Shown piece by piece: positions 10,666-19,765 of a stretch of 64,000 nucleotides of DNA (the stretch's first letter is position 1; every line of letters starts with the position of its first letter). The stretch comes from Abditibacterium sp. (lineage in GTDB: Bacteria > Armatimonadota > Abditibacteriia > Abditibacteriales > Abditibacteriaceae): assembly GCA_965246885.1 (NCBI GenBank), contig OZ251992.1, forward strand, positions 736,001 to 800,000, given 5' to 3'. Under the pieces are notes generated by a model that saw only the letters and a list, made by a program, of their open reading frames with translations, did not search any database and was not told the origin of the DNA. Made by a program: the position numbers and the translations under genes.

Positions 10666-13119
10666 CGTGGTGGCGCTATGCCGACCGGGGCCGACCTCGT
10701 AGGAGTGCAGTTGGCCGTCCGCATCCCATGTGTTCAAATGGGCGCGGATGCCGTCGGGGATGTGAATGTCGAGGTCATGGCCCGCCCCACCCCCGTTGGG
10801 CTGGGAACGGAACTCGATAATGCCGTGCGGAGTGTGGCAGGCCAGCGAGAGGGCGCCCAAGTCGCCCAACAGGGGCGCGATGCGGGTTTCGCTCCATCCC
10901 GGAACGAGCGGCTGGAACCCCGCGATGTGGAAGAGGAGCAAGCTGAGCGGCGCCATCGGGCAGTGGCTCCACTCGCTGTTCGAGTCGGGCGTCGCGTGCC
11001 AGTCCTCTTGGAGGGTATTGTTCCATTGGACGGACGGCAGAGTCGCCCAGACTTCGCGCAGTTCGCGCAGCACGACATCCATGCGCCCGAAGCGCGCCAA
11101 CGCTTGCAGGCGCCAGATGGCGTTGGCGGGGTAGGAGTAGCCCATCTCCGGCGGGCAATCGGCCAGACTCTGGATGCTCGCCGCCCTCTGTACCGACGGA
11201 TAGAAGCCGAACAGCAGGGCGGTTGCGAGGGAGCGGTCGCAGGTGCGCGGGCGCCCTTCCTTGCGCTCCCAAGGCAGATTGGCCACGAAGAGGCCGCGCT
11301 CGGCGCACCAAAAGCGCGCTTGTGCCGCCTCCACGATTTGCTTGCTGCGCACGCGAAGCGTTTGGGCGAGCGACTCTTCCCCGAACATCTCGCACAGGGG
11401 CGCAAGCGCCTCGCGCAGCATCGCGGCGAGGTAGAGATTGAACGCGCACTCCTTGTGGCGCTGCTGCTCATAAGCGTCGTGGTCTATCCACACGGATGGC
11501 ACGCCCAAGTTCTCGACGGGCACGAGTCCGTCCTTGCGCAAGGTTTCGAGGTAGTCGGCGAAGCGGAGCAAGCGCTCGAAAGGGGTAGCGACGGCATCGC
11601 GGTCGCCGGTGTCTTGGTAGTGATGCCAGCAGTCGAAGCCAAAGCCCACGCCGTGATCGAGAAGTGGCCCCCAGCGCGTCGCCCCGACTTGGCGCTGCAT
11701 GACGCGGCACAGGCGGTCATAGCCCGGCCAGCAGTCGAGAAAGAAGCCGTCGGGCGTTTGGCCTTGGCTCCACGTGCGCAAGAAGCGGCGCGGGATGCGG
11801 GTGTCGCCGAACGCGGCGCGCAGCACGGGCAACTGGTGCCCGCAGTCGCCGGAATACTGTTGCCGCTCGCGCGCCATGCCGTCCACGACGGTTTCCTGCG
11901 CGCTGTTGACGAGGGTATTTAGCGAGGCGTCGAACAAGCGCTGAAGCGGCGCTTCGGAGCACACGATGCGCGCGGCGGGCCAAGGCGCGGAGCGCCTGAG
12001 TATATCCACGCGCTTCACCACAACGGGGCGGCTGTTGCCTCGGATGTGCAGTTGCAGCCAGCGCAAGGACTCGTACTCGAACGCCAAAAAGCGCGTCGTG
12101 CCTTCTGCGCAGACGACCTGCGACCACGCCCAGAACGGCGCGACCAACTTGGGCGGGGCGTTGGCGTCGTGCGCTTCGAGGTTGAGCACCTCGATGACCG
12201 TGCCTTGCGGCGCTTCGACTTCCACGAGCGGATACCCGACGATTTGCTCCGGCCACTCGAACGACAACAGGTGCGCGGTTCCATCCTCGGCGGGTGGGAC
12301 GAGCCAACCGGCGTCGGTGCGCGCGACTTCGAGCGGCGCCCCGACGCTGAAGCAGTCGGGCAGGAAGAACTCGAAGTAATCGCGCGGGTCGCGGTGCCAC
12401 CGGATCTGCCACGCGGCGCGTAACCTAAGGGCGGGGAGAAACTCCTCGCGTAGCATCGGAACGTCCCTTTGGAGAAGAACGCCTGCCCCCGGCAAAAGAG
12501 CGGCGTCGTTGAGGTAGTTGGCGACCCCCGCGCTCCCAGAGGGCGCATTGGCGGGGCCGGGCAGTTCGGCGGCGCTCATCCAGCGAGAAGCGTTAGGGGC
12601 GAAGTCGGGGGAGTTCGTGCTCCATCCGGCGGGGTGCTCGCGGGCATCAAAGCGCTCTTGCAGGGCGCGCAAAAAGAAGCGCGGCGCCCCACCCGGCGGG
12701 CGCGAGCGATCCAAACAGCAGCGCCAAGCGGCGTCCGAGACGAGTTGCTGGCGCGCGCCGCCGCGCTCTTCGATGTCCAAGCGCAGCAGCAACCCCGGCC
12801 ACGACAGGGCCGAGGTGCCGTCGCCGTGCCCGTAATAAAGCACCTCGATCCCTATGACATTCGCGCCGCGCCGGAGGTAAGCCGACAGGTCGAGCGGATC
12901 GGCTTCCAAGGCGCGCGGGTCACACGGCGCGGGGCCGTTCTGGACGCGCTCGCCGTTGACCCACAGCCGGTAGCGCGAGTCGGCGGCAATCCACCCGCGC
13001 GCCGCGAGCGGCTCGGCGTTGAGGTGCAGTTCGCGCCGAAACAGCGCGAAAGTAACGGGCAAAGTACGCCCTGCGGGCAGCCAAATCCAGCGCGCGGGCG
13101 ACAGGTCGAGGGGAATCAT
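10657..13119 (-). CDS. Alpha-L-rhamnosidase (GH78-like)
   Basis: ARWIW, IAADSRYRLWVNG N-terminal domain; DGMARERQQYSGD catalytic motif; C-terminal SHCP..P and TPHGII motifs. Confidence 0.85.
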   Translation of the reverse strand: MIPLDLSPARWIWLPAGRTLPVTFALFRRELHLNAEPLAARGWIAADSRYRLWVNGERVQNGPAPCDPRALEADPLDLSAYLRRGANVIGIEVLYYGHGDGTSALSWPGLLLRLDIEERGGARQQLVSDAAWRCCLDRSRPPGGAPRFFLRALQERFDAREHPAGWSTNSPDFAPNASRWMSAAELPGPANAPSGSAGVANYLNDAALLPGAGVLLQRDVPMLREEFLPALRLRAAWQIRWHRDPRDYFEFFLPDCFSVGAPLEVARTDAGWLVPPAEDGTAHLLSFEWPEQIVGYPLVEVEAPQGTVIEVLNLEAHDANAPPKLVAPFWAWSQVVCAEGTTRFLAFEYESLRWLQLHIRGNSRPVVVKRVDILRRSAPWPAARIVCSEAPLQRLFDASLNTLVNSAQETVVDGMARERQQYSGDCGHQLPVLRAAFGDTRIPRRFLRTWSQGQTPDGFFLDCWPGYDRLCRVMQRQVGATRWGPLLDHGVGFGFDCWHHYQDTGDRDAVATPFERLLRFADYLETLRKDGLVPVENLGVPSVWIDHDAYEQQRHKECAFNLYLAAMLREALAPLCEMFGEESLAQTLRVRSKQIVEAAQARFWCAERGLFVANLPWERKEGRPRTCDRSLATALLFGFYPSVQRAASIQSLADCPPEMGYSYPANAIWRLQALARFGRMDVVLRELREVWATLPSVQWNNTLQEDWHATPDSNSEWSHCPMAPLSLLLFHIAGFQPLVPGWSETRIAPLLGDLGALSLACHTPHGIIEFRSQPNGGGAGHDLDIHIPDGIRAHLNTWDADGQLHSYEVGPGRHSATTHR

Positions 13120-13169
13120 ACGTGCCCCGTCAGTTTGCCCACTGCGGCGAAGTCGGGAAACGCGCCGCC

Positions 13170-13310
13170 GATGGAGGTGTTTCTGCCGTCGAAATCCCGA
13201 TTTCTTCGGAGGAAATCGGGATTTCCTCTGAAGAAACCCGGATGCCGCGCAGGGGAATCGGTATTTCCCTCGAAGAAATCGGGATTCGCCCCATCACTTT
13301 CCCGACCGGG
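13170..13310. repeat. Degenerate 21-bp periodic element with 14-bp inverted repeat (family B)
   Basis: Units such as ccgatttcttcggaggaaatc and ggtatttccctcgaagaaatc; gaaatcccgatttc (13191) is the reverse complement of gaaatcgggatttc (13212). Confidence 0.75.
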
Positions 13311-13391
13311 ATGACAAAGCGCTCGGCTTCGCTGGTTGGGTGCCGCCGCTCCGCCGGGGAGCCGCGCGCCGATGAAATTAACGCCGAAGAT

Positions 13392-13432
13392 TTAACAACA
13401 ACTTAACATAGGGGGGTGAAACGGTGGTATGC
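13392..13432 (+). promoter_or_regulatory. Candidate activator-dependent promoter: TTAACA direct repeat plus extended -10
   Basis: ttaaca at 13392 and 13403 (11-bp period); TGgTATGCT at 13424-13432. Confidence 0.4.
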
Positions 13433-13493
13433 TTCCCGTCAGCTTTTGCCGAGGAGCCGTTGGCGACGGATTCGAGGGCGAAGGCAGTTGCCC

Positions 13494-13691
13494 ATGAACC
13501 TCGAAGAACGCTTTGAATTCGTTGATTTGGTTGCCCAAGCCGTCGTGGACAAGATGGAAGAGCGCGACCGCATCAATGGCATGGTGAACATGGTCGTGGC
13601 GCGCGTTATCGAGATGCAGCGCGCCGAAGCCGAACTCCCACCCGCCAAAGCCGAGCCGACCGCCACCCCCACCCACCCGAACGCCGCTTAA
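13494..13691 (+). CDS. Small helical hypothetical protein (65 aa)
   Basis: ATG 13494, host-like codon usage, amphipathic helices and a Pro-rich tail. Confidence 0.7.
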   Translation: MNLEERFEFVDLVAQAVVDKMEERDRINGMVNMVVARVIEMQRAEAELPPAKAEPTATPTHPNAA

Positions 13692-13727
13692 TTTTCCTTT
13701 TCGCCCGCCGGGAAAGGATTCATCCCA

Positions 13728-14378
13728 ATGTTCAACCACAACAGCAAGACCAAAGCGCCGGAGAAAAGCGAAGCCATCCCAGCCTCGTCCGACGCCGTTT
13801 CGCCCCGCGCGAAGTTCGAGGAAGAGCGCCTCAGCCGTCGTCAGGCGCTCAAAAAGCTGGGCATCAGCGCGGGCATCATGCTCGTCGCCATGCCCTCCAT
13901 AGACGAACTGGCACGCTTAGCGTCCAAACAACTTGCTGCCAACGCAGGCGATTCGGATTTGGCGAAATCGCTGCGAAATGCGGGTGTGGCTATGGCCGAC
14001 CCAAACAATGAGATTAGTCAGTATGGCCCTTTCCAGTTGGCGGACTGCGAAGAGAGGTGTAAGCTTAAAGCTGCTCAATACGTGATGATAGACGGCGTCA
14101 ATGTCACTGGAACATTAACAAATGCTACAGCGAATAGCCTTGTAGATTATTGTAGGTCTCATCACCCGAACGTAGCGGGTGGCAACTGGGGGCCATACTT
14201 GGATTGTCTAGTTGATGGATTGAACCGCGCTACCAGTGGAAAATATCAATCTGGAACGGATCGTTATATTTTATGTTGCGAGCAGAATTGCATGGATAGT
14301 ATTGACTATCCAAACGGCGGAACTTGCACAAGATACCTTGTATATAATCCGTCTGGAATTTACCATCCCGGGAGATAA
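13728..14378 (+). CDS. Twin-arginine-leader protein with cysteine-rich C-terminal domain
   Basis: SD aaagga; SRRQALKK followed by a hydrophobic stretch; AMA-D at residues 88-91; 8 Cys downstream. Confidence 0.8.
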   Translation: MFNHNSKTKAPEKSEAIPASSDAVSPRAKFEEERLSRRQALKKLGISAGIMLVAMPSIDELARLASKQLAANAGDSDLAKSLRNAGVAMADPNNEISQYGPFQLADCEERCKLKAAQYVMIDGVNVTGTLTNATANSLVDYCRSHHPNVAGGNWGPYLDCLVDGLNRATSGKYQSGTDRYILCCEQNCMDSIDYPNGGTCTRYLVYNPSGIYHPGR

Positions 14379-14380
14379 GC

Positions 14381-15494
14381 ATATTTTCTAAATCCCGCCC
14401 AAAGACCATCAACATATTAAAGACTTTAATTGTATTGTCCGTCTTTTTTTGTCTTGGTGAGATATTTAAGACAACCTCATGTAGTCCTGTCCCCGTTCAA
14501 CAGCATCGTCATTTCTTTTGACGGCTCACAGTTGGCCTCCGTTGGTTACGACACGGCGAGTTCCCAAGGAGTCCTCTATATTCTGCGTCCCAACGGAAAA
14601 CAAATCTCCAAGATTTCAGAAAAGTATTTTATGGACTCTCCTGCGTGGGCGGCAGACTCCAAGACACTATTTTTCTGCATCGACGGAAGCGATAAGCAAG
14701 GTCAAATTGTCAACGCAATTTGCTCGATGGATACCGAGAACCCACCGCAGAGGACGACTGTGGTCGCCAACCCTAAGATGCGTTTGGATCAGCCCGCCGC
14801 TTCTTCGGATGGCGTTCATCTGGCCTACATTCAACAGAACTCAACATCTTTGTCTGGCACGGTTTGGACGACGCGCATACGTGACCTAAACACCAAACAA
14901 GAGTGGGGCATGGATCCGTATCGCAACTTCAAACTCACTCGTCCCACATGGTCAGCCGATGGAACCGTCGTTGCGTTTCAAGGCAGAACGACAATGTCTG
15001 CTGACTCTGAACCGCACTACCTTTCAGAAGACCTCATTCCCTCTCTCGCTGGAGCGGGCGGATTAGTGTGGACAACCGCCAAAGACGGCTTCACCCCCCA
15101 CCTCATCCCCGCCAGATTTGCTGCTTTCGAACCTAACAACGATGGAAGCCAGTTCGCCCTAATAGGTGGGCAAGACAAGAGAGGGCGCAAGCATTTAATG
15201 CAGGTCGTGGATGCCAAGGGCACTCAAATCGCCAGCGTCAAGCGCGAATCCATCAGCGTGGATGTCGCTTGGAACGCGGACAATACAGCCATTTTCTTCT
15301 TCGACCACTTCTACAGCAAAAAGGATTTGGAACTGTGCCGATGGGACATCAAGACGGGCAAGGTGGACGTTCTGCAGGAACTTCCCACATTGCGCGGTAG
15401 AATTTTGGGTTACCGCAACGGCACGTTGTTTTATACGACGGCCACTTGGAAAGAGGACGACACCTGCCAGATCAACCAACTCCGCACCGACTAA
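14381..15494 (+). CDS. TolB/PD40-like beta-propeller protein; 5' end apparently disrupted
   Basis: Repeats SFDGSQLA, PAWAADSKTL, PAASSDGVHLAY, PTWSADGTVVAF; ORF 14430-15494, but GGAG-N6-ATA at 14381 and a T7 run at 14444-14450 suggest a frameshifted N-terminal anchor. Confidence 0.75.
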
Positions 15495-15500
15495 CTCCTC

Positions 15501-15978
15501 ATGTCGCTCAAGTTTTCTTCTCCGTTGCCCCCGCTAGAGGGCGTGACCCGTTGGGTGGGCGCGGCGCCGATGGATGCCGACCTTGCGGGGCATCCCGTGT
15601 TCGTGCAGTTTTGGGCGGTGTCGTGCGGCTACTGTTTGATGAACGCGCCGCTTATCGCCGGATGGAAGGAGTATTATGGGCCGTTGGGGTTGCGCCTCGT
15701 GACGGTTCACGCTTCGCCGCCTTTAACCGATGCACAGCGCGAGGGGGTCGGCGCGACCATCGAGCGCGCACGGCATCCTGACGCCGTGCGCGCTCGATGA
15801 AGACGACGTGTTGGGCGGACGCTTTCAAACTGACGGCATCTGCCCGCACTACTTCTTCGACGCGAGCCACCGCTTGCGCTCGCGCGCGGCGGGGATGCAA
15901 GGGCTGCACTTGGTCGAAGCATCCATCCGCCGCAGTTTAGGGTTGCCTGAGTTGGTGGTGGAGAAAGCGGGGCGGTGA
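15501..15978 (+). pseudogene. YkuV/TlpA-like thiol-disulfide oxidoreductase, frameshifted
   Basis: FWAVSCGYC motif; frame change at gagcgcgcac (~15762-15771) continues as HGILTPCALDED...YFFDASHRLR. Confidence 0.8.
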
Positions 15979-16017
15979 AGCGCCAAGCGCGTCGAGAAGC
16001 AGTAGCAGGAGAAAACC

Positions 16018-16692
16018 ATGAGACGCTCCGCGTTCACCCTTGTAGAAATTTTGGTCGTGCTGGGCATCATCACGCTGCTCGCCGCCATTCTGTTCCCGGC
16101 GTTTGCCCGCGTGCGCGAAGGTGGGCGCTCGGCGTCGTGTCAGGAGAACTTGCACCAAATCGGGCTGGCGACGGCGATGTATGCCGGAGACTACGAGAGC
16201 CATTTCCCCCTTGGCGGCGACCCGATTGATTTGCATTCCAATGTGTGGAGCGCCCAAGACGGGGGGAAGTGGGGCGCTGTCGTGCCGACGCTCAAACCGT
16301 TGCCGGGTGTCATGGCGCCTTATCTCAAAGCTGACGCGACATGGCGCTGCCCTTCGGACTTCGGTTTCAGTCACGCCGAGGGGCACCCGATGAGCCTTCT
16401 CAACACCTACCCCTCGTGCGCCGACAAGTGGGGCATGAGCTACTTTTACAACACGCGCTTAGCGCTCAAGGGCAAGACGCTCGCGGGCGTGCAAGCCTAC
16501 GACGACTTCCTGCCCTACGACACCTACGGCCCCGACCAGATTAGCCTCTTCTACGACGCCGATGGCAGTTGGCACGGCGGCGAGAAGGACGAGCGCCGTT
16601 ACAACGTCCTCATGGCCGATGGACACGTTAAGTCGCAGACGCGCGACCAGTTCACCACGCAACTCTTGCTCGTTCTCGACCCGCCGACATGA
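16018..16692 (+). CDS. Prepilin-type N-terminal cleavage / DUF1559 protein with H-X9-DG-like motif
   Basis: AFTLVEILVVLGIITLLAAILFP, SCQENLHQIGLA, WRCPSD, NVLMADGHVK; SD aggag. Confidence 0.9.
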   Translation: MRRSAFTLVEILVVLGIITLLAAILFPAFARVREGGRSASCQENLHQIGLATAMYAGDYESHFPLGGDPIDLHSNVWSAQDGGKWGAVVPTLKPLPGVMAPYLKADATWRCPSDFGFSHAEGHPMSLLNTYPSCADKWGMSYFYNTRLALKGKTLAGVQAYDDFLPYDTYGPDQISLFYDADGSWHGGEKDERRYNVLMADGHVKSQTRDQFTTQLLLVLDPPT

Positions 16693-17612
16693 GCGCCCCG
16701 CTCCACTTACACCGCTTCGCCGTCCACTCGTCGCTGCCGCTTCCGGCAGACCCGACGTGCCGGAGCCTCGCGGTGGACGAAACGCGCGACCGCTTGGACA
16801 TCTCGCTGCACCCCTTCGCGGAGTTGCCTTGCCAGTCAGCCCTCGTGCAAACCAAGGAGGTGTACGATTTAGGCGATAGCGTGCTGATTTGGGCGAACGG
16901 TTATGGGATGCAGGTGGACTTCGCCGTCAGTCGCGTCCGCAACTACCTCAACAGCCCCGACTACGCGCCGCAGATCATGAGCCGTCTGCTCAATGTGGGC
17001 TTGTCGGCGGCAACATATCTTCGCGGCGAACTGCCATTGCACGCGGGCGCCGTGTCGCTCGATGGGCAGTTCGTCGGCGTGCTGGCCGCGTCGGGCACGG
17101 GCAAGTCCACGCTCGTCTGGTCGCTTGTGCAGGGCGGCGCGCTTTTTGGTAACGACGATCTTGTGAACGTTGGGATGGGCGGCGCGTCTCCCGTCGCCAT
17201 GCCGTTGGTGTCGCTGGTCCCAAAGCTACGCGCGCCCAGCCTCGAAGCGTGCGCCAATGGCACGTCTGCCGTTGAGACTTACTCCGATTCGGGCGAGTTT
17301 TGGATGCACATCCGCCCCGCGCAGCGCCTGACCGAGCCGCAACCGCTCCGGTGCTTGTTCGCCCTCGAACCGGAGGCGGACGCGACGGACATCACCGCCC
17401 GCCGTTGGAGCGAAGCGGAAGCGTCCCTCCTGTTGCCCACGCACTTGCACGGCGCCCATTTTGGGCGGGCCTTCGTGGGCGCCAAGGCTCTGGACGCGCG
17501 TTTGAAAAAGCTGGCCGAAGCAGTACCCGTTTACTCGCTGTGCTATCCCAAACGCTTCGACCTCCTTCCGGCGCTCATTGACACCATGCGCGGGGTGGCG
17601 GCTGGGGTTTAA
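16689..17612 (+). CDS. HPr-kinase-related P-loop kinase (lasso-peptide-kinase-like)
   Basis: PLHAGAV, ASGTGKST, NDD (His-Lys-Asp-Asp signature); ATGA overlap with the upstream gene. Confidence 0.8.
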   Translation: MSAPLHLHRFAVHSSLPLPADPTCRSLAVDETRDRLDISLHPFAELPCQSALVQTKEVYDLGDSVLIWANGYGMQVDFAVSRVRNYLNSPDYAPQIMSRLLNVGLSAATYLRGELPLHAGAVSLDGQFVGVLAASGTGKSTLVWSLVQGGALFGNDDLVNVGMGGASPVAMPLVSLVPKLRAPSLEACANGTSAVETYSDSGEFWMHIRPAQRLTEPQPLRCLFALEPEADATDITARRWSEAEASLLLPTHLHGAHFGRAFVGAKALDARLKKLAEAVPVYSLCYPKRFDLLPALIDTMRGVAAGV

Positions 17613-17626
17613 TGTGTTGTGGGCGC

Positions 17627-19483
17627 TCAAGGCGCCTTGGGCGGCTCGATGAATTGGACGACGGCGACGGCGTAGGGGGCGAGGCGGATGGTTTGGAAGG
17701 GGCTTTTCGGCAGGTTCTCGAAGCGCACGCTTTGGCGGGCGTCGTCGAAGATGCGCAGGCGCGCTTCGCGCAGGACGGGGAAGCCGCGTATTCCCAACTG
17801 CGCGGTCTGCGGGGCGTCGGTGGTGTTGATGAGCCAGACATTGTGGGCGGTGGAGGTATTGGCGGCAACGGCGAACACCGCCTCGCTCGAACTTTTGGTG
17901 CCAACGCGCACGCTGCCCGACGGGAAGAAGGTGTTCCACATCCACGCGGCGTAGTAGGCCGGATACGCTTTGGAGCCAGAGTCGAGCAGGCCCTGTTCGG
18001 GGCTACTGGCGTCGGCGGTGAAGATTTGGTCGGCCAAGCGCGAACCCGACGCGAGGAACTGGCCCCACCATGCCCCCGCGATCATCTGCGTGAGGCGCGG
18101 GTCGTCCGGTGTGCTTGCGGGGGTAGCGGCTCCGGCGAGGCCCGCTTCGGTCACGAACAGCGCGGCGCGGGGAAAGCGGCTTTTGTCGAGCAAACCCGCG
18201 ACGGTCTTCAAACTCCCGACGGTGCGCGCGGCACTGATGGCTGCGGCGTCGCTTGCACCCCCATCCGGCGAGCCGAAAAAGCGCACGGACAGGAAATCCA
18301 GCCCGCGCGCGCCGCGCAAAAGCGCCGAGACGCTCGCGCTTTGCCCCGAAAAGTTGCCCGTCCCGCCGACTAAATACGTCTTCGAGACGGCTTTGAGGGC
18401 GTCGCGGCCCGCGTTGTAAAAGGCCAACGAGGTGGTGTCGTTCTGGTCGGGGCTGGCGGTGGCCAGTTCCCACGCGCGCACTTTCTGGTCGCGCAGGGCG
18501 CGCGCGGCTTGGGTGCACAGCGCAGCATAGCCCCGTTCGTCCAAGCCCCATTCGGGGGCGTTGGGCAAAGACACCAAGACCTGCGCGCGCAGACTCCGGG
18601 CGCGCGCCGCCGCAACGACCAAGCGGGCGAAGCTAAAACTGGGTTGGCTGGAGTCGGCGATATCCACAAGCGCGCCCGCGTCGAGACGTATCCAGCGCGG
18701 CGCGAGCACGCCGATGGCGCCGCGAAAGGCGGGGTTGGCATCCAAGACGACCTGCGTGCGCGCGTCGGCGGGGGCGCCCAACGACACGTCGGCCGCCGCC
18801 CGAATCAGGCCGCTCGTTTTGAGAAAGTCGGCTTGCACGGACACATCCCCACTCGCAAGGGGCGCACGGGTGGGGATGGGCGCCGGAGTCGGGGTCGGCG
18901 CCACCAACGGGCGGCCCGTCCCCCGCACTTCGATGTCGTCCACCGAAAAGAAGCGCGAACTCCACGCCCCGCTTTGCTCGAACTGAAGCAAATACACGCT
19001 CCCCATGCGCGGCGCGAGGGCTTCGCCGCGCGGCCCCCGGAAGTCAGATAGAGGAATGACAACTTGGCGCCAGCGCGGAGTGTCGAGGCGGATGGGACGG
19101 GGTAAGGAAAACGTCGCGTCGCGCCCGCCGATTTTACCGCGCAGTTGCAGCGTCACGCCTTGCGCTTCGCCGCCGCCATCCAGCGCGAAACGCAAGGTCT
19201 GCGCGCCCGCGTCGCTCCACTTCTGCCCATCAACGGGCCGCGACAAACTGGCCCAAGCCGCGCGGCCCGCGCGGAAGGTGAGGAGCGCGGCGCCCTTGGA
19301 TTTGCCAAACGCGCCGGGCGAAGTCGCCACGATGTCAGCCAACCCCACACGATTTTTGTCGGCGCGCACCCAGTTGCCCACGCCCGCCTCGAAGTTGTCT
19401 ACGGCGATGGTCACGGGCGTTTGCGCCTGAGCGCGGGCGCAGAAAGAAAGCAACAGGACGGTGGCGAAAGAAGTGCGGTTCAT
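17627..19483 (-). CDS. Secreted CBM11/CIA30-like domain fused to a GH39-like domain
   Basis: Signal peptide ending AQA; WRQVVIPLSDF; PTPTP linker; LDFLSVR and LFVTEAG; C-terminal LAPYAV. Confidence 0.6.
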   Translation of the reverse strand: MNRTSFATVLLLSFCARAQAQTPVTIAVDNFEAGVGNWVRADKNRVGLADIVATSPGAFGKSKGAALLTFRAGRAAWASLSRPVDGQKWSDAGAQTLRFALDGGGEAQGVTLQLRGKIGGRDATFSLPRPIRLDTPRWRQVVIPLSDFRGPRGEALAPRMGSVYLLQFEQSGAWSSRFFSVDDIEVRGTGRPLVAPTPTPAPIPTRAPLASGDVSVQADFLKTSGLIRAAADVSLGAPADARTQVVLDANPAFRGAIGVLAPRWIRLDAGALVDIADSSQPSFSFARLVVAAARARSLRAQVLVSLPNAPEWGLDERGYAALCTQAARALRDQKVRAWELATASPDQNDTTSLAFYNAGRDALKAVSKTYLVGGTGNFSGQSASVSALLRGARGLDFLSVRFFGSPDGGASDAAAISAARTVGSLKTVAGLLDKSRFPRAALFVTEAGLAGAATPASTPDDPRLTQMIAGAWWGQFLASGSRLADQIFTADASSPEQGLLDSGSKAYPAYYAAWMWNTFFPSGSVRVGTKSSSEAVFAVAANTSTAHNVWLINTTDAPQTAQLGIRGFPVLREARLRIFDDARQSVRFENLPKSPFQTIRLAPYAVAVVQFIEPPKAP

Positions 19484-19765
19484 GGGTGCAAAGCAGCGAG
19501 AAGCAACGGCGCGCAGTTTAGCGGGAGACCTTGCGGCCTTCCGACTTCGCATTTGCTTGCGCGCGGCGTGCGCCGCACTTCTTGGGTTGTGGCACTCACG
19601 CGGTCAGCCGCCTTTCGCGGGCCGACGCACGCGCGAGTTATCCCCGCATGGGGAAAACCATAGGGATAAATCAGGGGAAAAGCGCGACCGTGAAATTTTT
19701 AGGCGAGGCCGCCAACGTGCGCGCGCCAAGGGAAAGGGAAAAAGCCTCTTGCGCGGGGCGCCCGA

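Noticed and set aside
16689..17612. Lasso peptide gene cluster
   Set aside because: The kinase fits, but no asparagine-synthetase-like cyclase, B2 protease, PqqD/RRE or typical short precursor is present
19640..19685. 12-bp periodic GGGA-A-rich motifs as a regulator site
   Set aside because: Three weak copies only; not distinguishable from chance without comparative data
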